61,009 nt of DNA from an uncultured Leptolyngbya sp. (GTDB taxonomy: Bacteria; Cyanobacteriota; Cyanobacteriia; Phormidesmidales; Phormidesmidaceae): NCBI GenBank assembly GCA_964353225.1, contig CAYGVA010000001.1, positions 1 to 61,009 on the forward strand, written 5' to 3'. The position numbers and the translations under genes are program-made. The notes below the pieces were generated by a model. That model had not been told where the DNA came from, did no database searches, and worked only from the letters and a program-made list of their open reading frames with translations. Every line of letters begins with the position of its first letter. Position 1 is the stretch's first letter. Positions 30,976 to 40,674 of the stretch are shown in pieces.

Positions 30976-33006
30976 ATGGCCCGACATTGGCGTTGGTTAC
31001 GGTTTTGGGGGGGAGTTGCGGCAGTCGCGATCGCCTTACCCCTCTTCACTACGGCCCTAGGGCTGTCTAGGACGGTACCCCTTCCTGCCGACAGTGTCTT
31101 AGCCCAGTTGCCCGCCGCCCACACCCTCGAAGATCAAGCGGATCGGCAGTTTTACGACCGAGATTACGACCGGGCCGAGGCGAATTACCGTCGAGCCCTG
31201 GATGCCTATCAAGTTGAAGCGCCCGAGTCCGATCATATTGCCGATATTTTTCATAACCTGGCTCGGATTTATCTGCTGACCGAGCGCTATGGCGACGCCC
31301 TACCCTTGCTAGAACAACTGGAAGCCCAGGGTTGGACCGGCTCTGGTTTAGGGAATAACCTCGCCTTGGCCTACTTCCACACCGGCAATTATCGGGCCGC
31401 CGAGGTGGTTTTAAATGGGGTTTTGGCCGATTGGGATGCGATTCGAGCGGGGGATGATCTCGGTGATCAAGATCGGATCACCCTCTTTGAGCAACAGGCC
31501 CATAGCTATGCCCTGATGCAGCGGGTGTTGGTAGCCCAAGATAAAACCGATGCCGCCTTAGCTATGGCCGAGCGGGGTCGTGCGCGTGCCTTGGTGACGC
31601 AATTGGTGCAGTCACAGGTCGTGCAGTCCCCAGGGCAGCCGCAGGGCAACAGTGATGCACCCTTGACGGTGGCCCAAATCAGGGCAGTGGCCCGCAACCA
31701 GAACACCACCCTAGTGGTCTACGCGGCCCTGGGGGATGGTCAACGGGTGCTGGGGAATGCCGTCGATCTAGAAACGGATTTGTTTACCTGGGTGATCCCG
31801 CCCTCGGGGCCAATCACCTTTCGGCAGACCCCACTAGAGCCTTTTTGGACGGGGGATGCCGTCCGCAGCGCCCCCGCTTCTGCCGCCTCTCCTTTAGAAG
31901 CATTAGTGGGCACGACCCGCCAAGCCCTGGGGGTAGCGAGTCGGGGGCTGGGGGTGGTGCCCACCGATCGCCGGGTGACGGACGACTTGCCACCCTCCAA
32001 CCCATTGTCGATGCAGACCCTCTATCAGATTTTGATTGAGCCCATTGCGGCGGCTCTGCCGACCCACCCCGAAGCCTTGGTCACCCTGGTTCCCCAGGGA
32101 CCTTTATTTTTGGTGCCCTTTGCAGCGTTGCCCGATCAGACCGGCCAGCCCTTGATTGAAAAGCACACCCTGGCGCTGTCCCCCTCAGTTCAGACCCTGG
32201 CATTAGCGACGGAAACCCAGCCCCGTCGCGCCGGTGGGTTAGTGGTGGGCAACCCCATAGAAATGCCCAGCCTACCGATCGAAGGGCAAGACACCCCAGC
32301 CAACTTGCCGCCTTTACCAGGGGCCGAGCGAGAGGCAGACGCGATCGCCCAACTCCTCAATACCCAAGCCCTCACTCGCCAAGCCGCGACCGAATCGGCG
32401 GTGGTCGCCCAGATGCCCCAGCAGCCCATTATCCACCTAGCCACCCACGGGCTGCTGAATATTGATTCCCGGTTGAATGAATTTGGTCTGCCCACCGATG
32501 CCAATGCCCCCACCGCCACCGATGCCAATGTATTTGTAAACCCCGGTGCGGTCATTGTTGGGGGCAACGTCACCGTGGGTGGCGTGGATGCTGCGGTGTC
32601 CCTAGCGCGGGAGCGGGTGGTGCGGTTTAGCCCCCCAGGGGTCATTGCCCTAGCCCCCGGAAACGGGGAGGATGGTTGGCTCACCGCCGAAGAAATTGCG
32701 GCGTTGCAATTACAGGCAGATCTAGTGGTTTTGAGTGCCTGTGATACCGGGCGGGGCCGGATTACTGGCGATGGGGTGGTGGGCCTCACCCGTGCCTTCT
32801 TGGTGGCTGGAGCTGACACGGTCGTGGTGTCTCTCTGGCAGGTGCCCGATGATGCCACAGCCACCTTAATGGTGGCGTTTTATCAGCGATTAGCGGCCAC
32901 GGGGGATAAGGCCCAAGCCTTGCGGGAGGCGATGTTGGTCACCAAAGCCGACTATCCCGATCCGCGCAATTGGTCAGCCTTTGTGTTGGTGGGGGAAGCG
33001 GCTTAA
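30976..33006 (+). CDS. TPR + CHAT (caspase-like, HetF-associated) domain protease
   Basis: AGGGAGG RBS before ATG 30976; N-terminal hydrophobic segment, TPRs, AERGRARAL, catalytic HLATHG and LSACDTG, SLWQVPD, WSAFVLVG. Confidence 0.93.
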   Translation: MARHWRWLRFWGGVAAVAIALPLFTTALGLSRTVPLPADSVLAQLPAAHTLEDQADRQFYDRDYDRAEANYRRALDAYQVEAPESDHIADIFHNLARIYLLTERYGDALPLLEQLEAQGWTGSGLGNNLALAYFHTGNYRAAEVVLNGVLADWDAIRAGDDLGDQDRITLFEQQAHSYALMQRVLVAQDKTDAALAMAERGRARALVTQLVQSQVVQSPGQPQGNSDAPLTVAQIRAVARNQNTTLVVYAALGDGQRVLGNAVDLETDLFTWVIPPSGPITFRQTPLEPFWTGDAVRSAPASAASPLEALVGTTRQALGVASRGLGVVPTDRRVTDDLPPSNPLSMQTLYQILIEPIAAALPTHPEALVTLVPQGPLFLVPFAALPDQTGQPLIEKHTLALSPSVQTLALATETQPRRAGGLVVGNPIEMPSLPIEGQDTPANLPPLPGAEREADAIAQLLNTQALTRQAATESAVVAQMPQQPIIHLATHGLLNIDSRLNEFGLPTDANAPTATDANVFVNPGAVIVGGNVTVGGVDAAVSLARERVVRFSPPGVIALAPGNGEDGWLTAEEIAALQLQADLVVLSACDTGRGRITGDGVVGLTRAFLVAGADTVVVSLWQVPDDATATLMVAFYQRLAATGDKAQALREAMLVTKADYPDPRNWSAFVLVGEAA

Positions 33007-33131
33007 AGCAAAGGCTTTAAGCGAAGTTGGGATATGGGTTCTTTACCGCGAAGGCCCGATACAACGGCCGCGTTATCCTCTCATTCCCCCCGCAATAACC
33101 TGAATGCGGTTTAGCTCGTAAACTATGGATG

Positions 33132-33510
33132 AGGAAGGAGTTGGCGAGGGGGTTACAGGTTGGCATCGTTTCAACCTGAGGAAAGTCCGGGCTCCCGAAA
33201 GACCAGACTTGCTGGGTAACGCCCAGTGCGGGTGACCGTGAGGAGAGTGCCACAGAAACATACCGCCGATGGGGCTTCGGCCCACAGGTAAGGGTGCAAG
33301 GGTGCGGTAAGAGCGCACCAGCAGCATCGAGAGGTGCTGGCTCGGTAAACCCCGGTTGGGAGCAAGGTCGGAGGGGCTATGGTTGGTCTTTTTCCAGTCC
33401 CGTTTTTGGTGTACCGCATGAGGTGTCTGGTAACAGGCATCCCAGATAGATAACCGCCCTCTGGGGGCAACCCCAGAGAACAGAACCCGGCTTATGTCCG
33501 ACTCTTTCCT
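33132..33510 (+). ncRNA. rnpB: RNase P RNA (class A)
   Basis: GAGGAAAGTCCGGGCT at 5' side, AGTGCCACAGAAA, GGTGCGGTAAGAGCGCACC, GGTAAACCCC, ACAGAACCCGGCTTA near 3' end; ends pair as P1 (AGGAAGGAGTTGG / CCGACTCTTTCCT). Confidence 0.97.
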
Positions 33511-34020
33511 TTCCCCTACTTAGGAGATTGCCGAGAACTAAAATGCCGGCTGTTGGGCTAATGGCCTGACAAAACAGTCTGCCATCTTAATCCTGCATGG
33601 GTTCAGGAGACCTGCGCCCAACCCTGGTCTGTTCATTGCTTGAAATCGCCTTGATCCTGAGCTAACCCTGGCCTAAAGCCATGTCCCTCCCCAGGCGGGG
33701 AGGTTACTGACTAGGGCGGCTGTAATTAACGAGGCCGTAGCTAGGTGTTGCCTTTACGAGACCTACGGTTGTGACCTTAAAGAGGTCTACGGGTTCCGCC
33801 ATTGAGCTAAGAACACTGGGTAATTCTGGGCAGGTAAGATGACCTAGCGGTCTCAGCTATCGTTCTATTGCTGAAGGCAGTAACGCCCTGACCCCCATGT
33901 TAAGGTGACAATAGTCAAGAGCCGGATAGCATGGTTGCTGTTGACTTTGTGCAGGCTCATGCTATCCGACGGTTTACCTGCACTTTCAGATAAAAGGTAT
34001 TCCGTATGCTTGCCAAACCG

Positions 34021-34317
34021 ATGTATGCAAAAGAGTTATTAAGCCGATATGCGGCGGGTCAACGAGATTTTAGAAACCTCAACTTGATTGCTGCAAACCT
34101 GCGAAATCTCAACCTCAGCGGGGCTGACTTAAGGGGAACCAACTTAGCAAAGGCTAACCTAAGTAATACCAATCTGAGCCATGCAAACCTGTCAGATACG
34201 GTTTTGATTGGGGCAACTTTGGTGAAGACGAATTTAACCCAAGCCAATCTCACCAATGTCGATCTGGGTGAGGTGGATTTGAGCGCTGCAATTGTTCGCA
34301 ATGCGATTTTTTCCTGA
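34021..34317 (+). CDS. Short pentapeptide repeat protein
   Basis: 'MYAKELLSRYAAGQRDF' followed by ANL/ADL repeats; alternative start 34006. Confidence 0.9.
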   Translation: MYAKELLSRYAAGQRDFRNLNLIAANLRNLNLSGADLRGTNLAKANLSNTNLSHANLSDTVLIGATLVKTNLTQANLTNVDLGEVDLSAAIVRNAIFS

Positions 34318-34824
34318 GTTGATCAGGACGTAGCGTCCGTTGCCCTTGCTAACCCAGTCGCAGTTTGTTAAGGTCTCATTCCCTTCATTCACTGCAGCTT
34401 CGAAGCCTTTTACTGTGCTGGGGTTAGCGGCAACAAGATGATTGCTGCAACGGCTCTGACCCCCATCGATACGACTTTAAGACCGACCTGATTAGACCTC
34501 ATATAGATCGCACCAGACCTTCATCCGCCCCACTGGTGCTGTTTACACGGTATTAGGCTCACGGGAAAGATCAAAGGAATTTCGCTGAAAACGTTTATGA
34601 ACTCTGGTCTTTAAGCATCACTGTTTGCTTGAGGGAAGATGCATTCGTCTATGTCTCTAAATTTAGCTAATCCAGGGAGGGCTAAGCCAGCCTGAATTTT
34701 CCCTCGACAAGGATTGAGAAATCATAAGTGTGCGAGCCTGAGAGACATCATTTCAAAAGGGCGGGGCACCCTAAAGCTCAACTGTCATCTGGCCAGCGCA
34801 GCAGTTCGATGATCGACAATTCTT

Positions 34825-35325
34825 ATGGAGACTCTCGCGATGAAAAGCCCCGTTGCTCCCATGGTGAAATTATCTGTCTTGGCTGGCCTTGGTCTCTTTT
34901 CTGGTGGCTGCTTTTTGCTACCCAGTACAGTGCTGGAACAGACCTTAAGCCAAGCTGATAAAGCGCGTTCAGTTGAGGCAATGACCTACATCGGTTCGAT
35001 GATCCGAGCCCAGAAAGCCACGTTGATTGAGAATGACGCCTTTGGCCAAACGATTGAGTCGCTACAGCTGGGCATCCCTACAGAAACCCCGAACTATACC
35101 TTTGCGATTACCGCCGATGCTGATAAGACGGTGATCACCGCCACCCCTAAAGAGGCGGAACTTCCAAGCTACGTGGGTGCGCTCTATATTACCAATGCTG
35201 AAACCCAGGAAACCGCCGATATTCTCTGCGAAAGCGAGGGGCCTGCGGAGGCAGCCCCAGCCGTGCCGGTGCTGACGGGGACTACGCTGGTCTGTGCTGT
35301 GGGCTCCCAGGAAGCAGGGCTCTAA
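34825..35325 (+). CDS. Type IV pilin-like G/H-family domain protein lacking the prepilin leader
   Basis: 'QADKARSVEAMTYIGSMIRAQKA..E..F..L.LGIPTETPNY...LPSYVGA..ILCE..C' matches cyanobacterial pilin body; no G/FTLIE motif; start uncertain (34825/34840/34861). Confidence 0.8.
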   Translation: METLAMKSPVAPMVKLSVLAGLGLFSGGCFLLPSTVLEQTLSQADKARSVEAMTYIGSMIRAQKATLIENDAFGQTIESLQLGIPTETPNYTFAITADADKTVITATPKEAELPSYVGALYITNAETQETADILCESEGPAEAAPAVPVLTGTTLVCAVGSQEAGL

Positions 35326-35520
35326 ATGCTTCCGATGCATGGTAAGTGAATGAAGCCGTCTCTCTCTTCCATGGTGAGGGGTGGTTGTTTGGTTTATGGG
35401 GACGAGCTGCTGCTCAGAGATAGGACTGAGGTCAGAAAGCCTGTGGCACGCGTCTTTATTGATCGGCTTTCTGATGCTGCCAATGGCCGACAAGCTGTCA
35501 GCATTGACGGCGTCAGGAGT

Positions 35521-35543
35521 GGGCGTGAGGGCGTGAGGGCGTG
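35521..35543 (+). repeat. Short tandem octamer repeat (GGGCGTGA) x ~3
   Basis: GGGCGTGA GGGCGTGA GGGCGTG, intergenic. Confidence 0.7.
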
Positions 35544-35698
35544 CGAACCGTTGTCCTGAATGGTGGGTCAAAACAACGGCTGGCCGCTAGGCAACTCACC
35601 TCAAGTAAATAAAGGGTTACAAGGCTGGGGGAAATCACTTTTTCCGCTAGCATCGAGGCACCTATTCTCTATTTACTCATCGGGGGCACGGAACGATC

Positions 35699-37741
35699 AT
35701 GGGTCTGAGGCGGGCATCTACTACCCTACTGGCATCGCTTTGCATTGGGACAGCAGCCTTATCGACGGTTGTGATGGTCGCAGACCAGCCAGGGGCGATC
35801 GCCCAAGCCCCCCCTCCGGCAGAGCCTGAATCTGCGGCCCCTGAATCTGCGGCCCCTGAACCCGCGACCCCTGAATCTGTTGCACCCGAGGCAGAGACAA
35901 CGCCCGAGGTTTCTGCCCCCGAACCCGTAGCCCCTGAGCCTGTTGTCCCTGGGCCTGCTGCTGCCGAACCGGCCCCTCCATTGGTGGTGCCGGAACCCAC
36001 GGTTCCTGAGCCGGTATCGGCACCGATATCTCGATATAACGATCCCGTATTTTGGGAGTTAACTGTGCAATGGTTGACCGGTTTTGCCCTTTTGGCTGGG
36101 GCTGGGGCGGCCACCCTAGGGGTATCTCAATACCGTCGCCATAGCCATTGGCGGCGGCTGGAATGGCTGCAAGCCTTGGTTGAGGACTTTCGCCAACAGC
36201 CAGAGGTTCAACGGGTCCTGGATATTTTGGACTATGAGGAATATCGCCTGTTTGATCTGACCCTGCCCAATGGCAAGGTTGTACGGTTTGAGGCTTCCGA
36301 TGAGCGTATGAAGCGGGCGCTGCGGTCCCATCAGCAAATGGTCAAAACCCGTTTGGGTTTGAATCAAATCCATCAGGTGCGTAGCCAATCGGGCAAGATG
36401 GATGACCAAACTGCTCAAGTTTTTGAGCGATATGCTTCAGAAGAATTTCCCATTGAGCTGGCCCTAAGGGATTGGTTTGACCGTTTTTTGATGGGGTTGG
36501 AAAAGTTTGAGACCTTAATCGAGGCAGGGTTGACGAGCCCGCAGGAATTACAGCCTTTTGTAATCTATTGGATTAAGTTGATCAGCGATCGCAAGTTTCG
36601 GCGAGAAGGGGGCTCCGGCTTTTACGATCAGTTATTTCACTACATTTACTGGGCCGGATATGACGGGGTGCAACGGTTGTTTGCCCGTTACGGCTATAAG
36701 ATTTTGCCGCCCCCCTACTCGACCCATGATTTCTCTCGGTTTGAGAATTCAGGGGGGGCGTACGATGCCGATCATGCCCTGTGTTTGGCTAAGGCAGCCC
36801 ATTTGGTCTATGGCGATTTGGAGTATGTCAAAGACATTGTCAAGCTTTGGTTGTCTGACCAGCTAGACGCCGACTGGCAAATCATGACGGCTCAAGAATA
36901 TGTGGTCGATTTAATGAAGCGGTGGTTACGAGAAGGGGAAGCCCCCAACCATGATATCGACTCACATTTCAAGTACTTCGATATGAAGACCACCGATACC
37001 CAGGCCTTTTTATTCCGCAAGGGTCATCACATCATGTTGATTTTCCGAGGCAGTCAGGAAACGGCGGACTGGAAAACGAACTTTAGCTTTAGACTTCGGC
37101 CCTTTCGTGTGCAAATTAAGCCCAATGTGGCGTTGCCGGCTGGGGAGGTGCATCAGGGCTTTCAAGGGGCGTGGGAAAGTGTTGAAAAAATGGTCGGTTA
37201 CTATCTCAAACAGTGGTGGACTGCTGACAGTCAGCTTTGGGTGGCGGGCCACAGTTTGGGCGGTGCCTTAGCGGCCTTAGCGGCAACCTCCCTTGACTAT
37301 CAAGGGTTCCATGTGAATGGTCTTTATACGTTTGGGCAACCCCGCGTCGGGGATTGGCAGTTTGTGCGTGAGGTGAATCAGCATATGGGCGATCGCATAT
37401 TTCGCTATGTAAATAACAACGATGTGGTGCCGATGATTCCCCTCCAGTTCAACATTTTGAAGCCGACCCGCTTCTACGGACACATGGGGCAGTTCCGCTA
37501 TTTCAATAGTTCAGGTGAGCTCCAGATGCAGTCCTTTACAGGGCAACGGTGGCCCGACCGCCTACTGGGCTTTGTGTTGGGCCTACGGGAGTCGGGGGCT
37601 GACCTGGTGAATGATCATATGATGGGCTTTTATGTGAGCCACCTACAGGCTACCCTCGAACGCGAATTGGCCGAGGAAGAGGTGCAAAAAGAGAAAGAGC
37701 GATGGGCCAAACTAGAACTCAAAACGGTAAAGGACGCTTAG
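35699..37741 (+). CDS. Class 3 lipase-domain protein with signal peptide, Pro/Glu/Ala-rich stalk and TM segment
   Basis: DTQAF, FRGS, VHQGF, GHSLGGALA, YTFGQPRVGD, VNNNDVVPMIP, DH motifs in C-terminal half. Confidence 0.88.
   Translation: MGLRRASTTLLASLCIGTAALSTVVMVADQPGAIAQAPPPAEPESAAPESAAPEPATPESVAPEAETTPEVSAPEPVAPEPVVPGPAAAEPAPPLVVPEPTVPEPVSAPISRYNDPVFWELTVQWLTGFALLAGAGAATLGVSQYRRHSHWRRLEWLQALVEDFRQQPEVQRVLDILDYEEYRLFDLTLPNGKVVRFEASDERMKRALRSHQQMVKTRLGLNQIHQVRSQSGKMDDQTAQVFERYASEEFPIELALRDWFDRFLMGLEKFETLIEAGLTSPQELQPFVIYWIKLISDRKFRREGGSGFYDQLFHYIYWAGYDGVQRLFARYGYKILPPPYSTHDFSRFENSGGAYDADHALCLAKAAHLVYGDLEYVKDIVKLWLSDQLDADWQIMTAQEYVVDLMKRWLREGEAPNHDIDSHFKYFDMKTTDTQAFLFRKGHHIMLIFRGSQETADWKTNFSFRLRPFRVQIKPNVALPAGEVHQGFQGAWESVEKMVGYYLKQWWTADSQLWVAGHSLGGALAALAATSLDYQGFHVNGLYTFGQPRVGDWQFVREVNQHMGDRIFRYVNNNDVVPMIPLQFNILKPTRFYGHMGQFRYFNSSGELQMQSFTGQRWPDRLLGFVLGLRESGADLVNDHMMGFYVSHLQATLERELAEEEVQKEKERWAKLELKTVKDA
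35825..35884 (+). repeat. Coding 15-nt tandem repeat x4 (PESAA PESAA PEPAT PESVA)
   Basis: CCTGAATCTGCGGCC x2 exact, then CCTGAACCCGCGACC and CCTGAATCTGTTGCA. Confidence 0.85.
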
Positions 37742-37808
37742 GGTAGAGAAGTCGCAGCGAGTCACCCAACTCAAACCCAACCGTATTACAGCCAGGTTTT
37801 TTCCCATT

Positions 37809-40640
37809 GTGAAACGCGCCAATTCCACCCTAGATCGTCGCCCGCCCTTGATTCTGTTTGTGGCGATCGCCCTCCTCTTGCTCTTCGCCCTCTCCGGGAC
37901 CCTGGTCCATCTGTTGACCGAATCTTGGTGGTTCGAGGCGGTGGGGTATGGGGAGGTCTTTTGGACCCGAATCTTCTGGCAGGTGATCATTTGGGCGGGC
38001 ACCCTGGTGCTATACGCGGTCTTTTTGCTAGCCAATTATGGGCTGGCCCTCTGGCTCACCCGAGAGAGTCCCTGGCGACTGCTGCAAGGGCAAAGTCTGG
38101 CCCAGGGTAAAGCCCTCTCGCCCCTTTGGATTTCGCTAGTGCGGTATGGGGCGATCGCCTTTACCCTGTTGATCTCCTTTGACGCCGCCACCAAAAGTGC
38201 CGCTGCCTGGGATCGCATCCTCAAGTTTTTGAATCCCAGCAATTTTGATCTAACCGAGCCCCTATTCCAAAAAGACATTAGCTTTTATCTGTTTCGACTG
38301 CCCTTTTTCCATGGGCTACAGCAGGGGATAGCGGAGGCCTTGGTGTGGGCCTTAGCCCTGGCGATCGTCATCTACTTGCTAAAGGGGGAAATTCGACCCG
38401 AACGGGGCTGGAAATACTTTCTCACCGGTGAAGCCAAAACCCACCTCTGCCTCCTGCTCGCTGGGTTGGCCGTCGTGATCGCCGCTGGTTTTTACCTAGA
38501 GCGTTACGAGCTGCTGTTTTCCCCCAGTGGCGTCGTGTTTGGGGCGGGCTATACCGACGTCCATGCCCGATTGCAGGCCCATTGGTTGATGGCCTTTGTC
38601 ACCCTTTCCGTAGCAGTCCTGTTCCTTATTGCCCTGTGGCGCAGTGGGTTTTGGCTGCCGATGGTGGGGATGGGCTTCTACCTAGGGGTCTTGATTCTGG
38701 TGAACGGGTTTTATCCCTGGTTTCAGCAGCAGTTTTTGGTCGCCCCCAATGAACTGGTTAAGGAGCGCCCCTACATTGAGCACAACATTGCCTTTACCCG
38801 CGCCGCCTACGGGTTAGAGCAGGTGCAGAGTGATGCCTTCCCGGCAGAGGCCACCCTCACCCGCGCCGACCTCACCGAGAATGCGTCCACCGTCGATAAT
38901 ATTCGCCTCTGGGACTATCGCCCCCTGCTCAGTACCTACCGCCAATTGCAGGAAATTCGATCCTATTACCGTTTTCAGGATGTGGACATCGATCGCTATA
39001 TCCTCGACGACGACTACCGTCAGGTGATGCTCGCGGCCCGAGAGTTGGACTATACCGAAGCTCCCCCAGAGGCCCAAACCTGGGTGAATCAACGCCTCAA
39101 ATTTACCCACGGCTATGGGGTAGTGATGAGTCCGGTCAACCGCTTCACCCGCGATGGTTTGCCGGAGTTGATGATTAAAAATATCCCGCCGGAATCCAAT
39201 GTCGATCTGGACATCACCCAACCCCGGATTTATTACGGCGAGGCCACCCGTTCTTACATGTTTACGGGGACGAGCACCGATGAGTTTGATTATCCCTTGG
39301 CCAATGAAAACGCGGTGAATCGCTACGACGGGGACGGAGGGGTGCCCATGGGGTCCTTTGGGCGGCGGTTGGCCTATGCCTACGACCTGGGTAACCTCAA
39401 AACCCTGATTTCCAATTACTTTACGGGGGAGTCGCGGATTCACTACTACCGCAACGTGGTACGGCGGGCGCGGCAAATCGCCCCATTTCTTGACTACGAC
39501 AGTGACCCCTATGTGACCATTATTGACGGCAGACTAAAGTGGATTTTGGATGGCTATACCACCAGTAACCGCTATCCCTATGCCCAGCCCTTGAGACGCA
39601 GTAATGATGTGGAGGCGATCTTAGGCAAAGATGCGATCGCCGCAATTTCCCGCCGAGGCACCAACTACATCCGCGATGCGGCCAAGGTGGTCGTAGATGC
39701 CTACGATGGCAGCCTGCAATTCTACGTGATGGACAGCAGCGATCCGATCCTGGCCACCTACCAAAAGATCTTCCCCGATCTGTTCCAGGGAGCCGACACC
39801 ATGCCCGAGGCGGTGCGATCGCATGTCCGCTACCCCCATGATTTGTTTACGATTCAGTCCCAGATGTACCGCACCTACCACATGGGCAATCCGGAAGTGT
39901 TCTACAACCGGGAAGATTTGTGGCGGTTCCCATTGCAGGTTTACGAAAAAGAACAGGTGCAGATGGAGCCGTACTACACGATCATGCGGCTGCCCGAAGC
40001 GGAGGAAGAAGAGTTCATTGCGATCATGCCCTTCACCCCAGTGAATAAAGACAACATGGTGGCCTGGTTGTCGGCCCGCTCCGATGGGGACGAATATGGC
40101 AAGCTGCTGCTCTATGAATTCCCCAAGCAGCAGTTGGTCTATGGCCCCAGCCAGATCGAGGCCCGCATTGACCAAACCCCCGAAATTTCTCAACAACTCA
40201 CCCTCTGGAGCCAGGAAGGCTCTCGGGTGATTCGAGGGGACCTGCTGGTAATTCCGATCAAGCAGTCATTGCTTTACGTGGAGCCCGTTTACCTGCGGGC
40301 GGAGCAGGGGGAACTGCCAGAGCTGAAGCGCATCATTGTGGCTTACGACAACCAGGTGGTCATGGGCGAAACCCTAGATGAAGCCCTGAACACTATTTTT
40401 GGGGCTCGCCCTGTAGAGACCGCCGATGCTGTCCCACCTCGGGAAGAGACTGACGCAACGGCTGCCCCCGCCCCAACGGCGGCGGATGCGCCGACGCTTT
40501 CCCCAGCGCTCGAAGCCCGCATTAAAGCAGCGGTAGAAGCCTATGATGCGGGGCAAGCCGCCCTGCAACGGGGGGATTGGGAAGCCTATGGGGAAGCCCA
40601 AGAACGCTTGGGAGAGGTCCTACAGGATCTAGAGCAGTAG
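37809..40640 (+). CDS. UPF0182 family membrane protein
   Basis: WWFEAVGY..VF, DISFYLFRLP, GAGYTDVHA, PNEL..E.PYI..NI..TR.AYGL, NIRLWD, FTHGYG, YVEPVYL. Confidence 0.95.
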   Translation: MKRANSTLDRRPPLILFVAIALLLLFALSGTLVHLLTESWWFEAVGYGEVFWTRIFWQVIIWAGTLVLYAVFLLANYGLALWLTRESPWRLLQGQSLAQGKALSPLWISLVRYGAIAFTLLISFDAATKSAAAWDRILKFLNPSNFDLTEPLFQKDISFYLFRLPFFHGLQQGIAEALVWALALAIVIYLLKGEIRPERGWKYFLTGEAKTHLCLLLAGLAVVIAAGFYLERYELLFSPSGVVFGAGYTDVHARLQAHWLMAFVTLSVAVLFLIALWRSGFWLPMVGMGFYLGVLILVNGFYPWFQQQFLVAPNELVKERPYIEHNIAFTRAAYGLEQVQSDAFPAEATLTRADLTENASTVDNIRLWDYRPLLSTYRQLQEIRSYYRFQDVDIDRYILDDDYRQVMLAARELDYTEAPPEAQTWVNQRLKFTHGYGVVMSPVNRFTRDGLPELMIKNIPPESNVDLDITQPRIYYGEATRSYMFTGTSTDEFDYPLANENAVNRYDGDGGVPMGSFGRRLAYAYDLGNLKTLISNYFTGESRIHYYRNVVRRARQIAPFLDYDSDPYVTIIDGRLKWILDGYTTSNRYPYAQPLRRSNDVEAILGKDAIAAISRRGTNYIRDAAKVVVDAYDGSLQFYVMDSSDPILATYQKIFPDLFQGADTMPEAVRSHVRYPHDLFTIQSQMYRTYHMGNPEVFYNREDLWRFPLQVYEKEQVQMEPYYTIMRLPEAEEEEFIAIMPFTPVNKDNMVAWLSARSDGDEYGKLLLYEFPKQQLVYGPSQIEARIDQTPEISQQLTLWSQEGSRVIRGDLLVIPIKQSLLYVEPVYLRAEQGELPELKRIIVAYDNQVVMGETLDEALNTIFGARPVETADAVPPREETDATAAPAPTAADAPTLSPALEARIKAAVEAYDAGQAALQRGDWEAYGEAQERLGEVLQDLEQ

Positions 40641-40674
40641 TCAGACATGAACATTCGAGCATGAACATTTGGGC

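Noticed and set aside
32190-32864. 224-aa antisense ORF (similarly 38814-39476 and 51767-52501)
   Set aside because: Antisense shadows of well-supported genes in GC-rich coding DNA
33017-33470. Three short minus-strand ORFs
   Set aside because: They overlap rnpB; spurious
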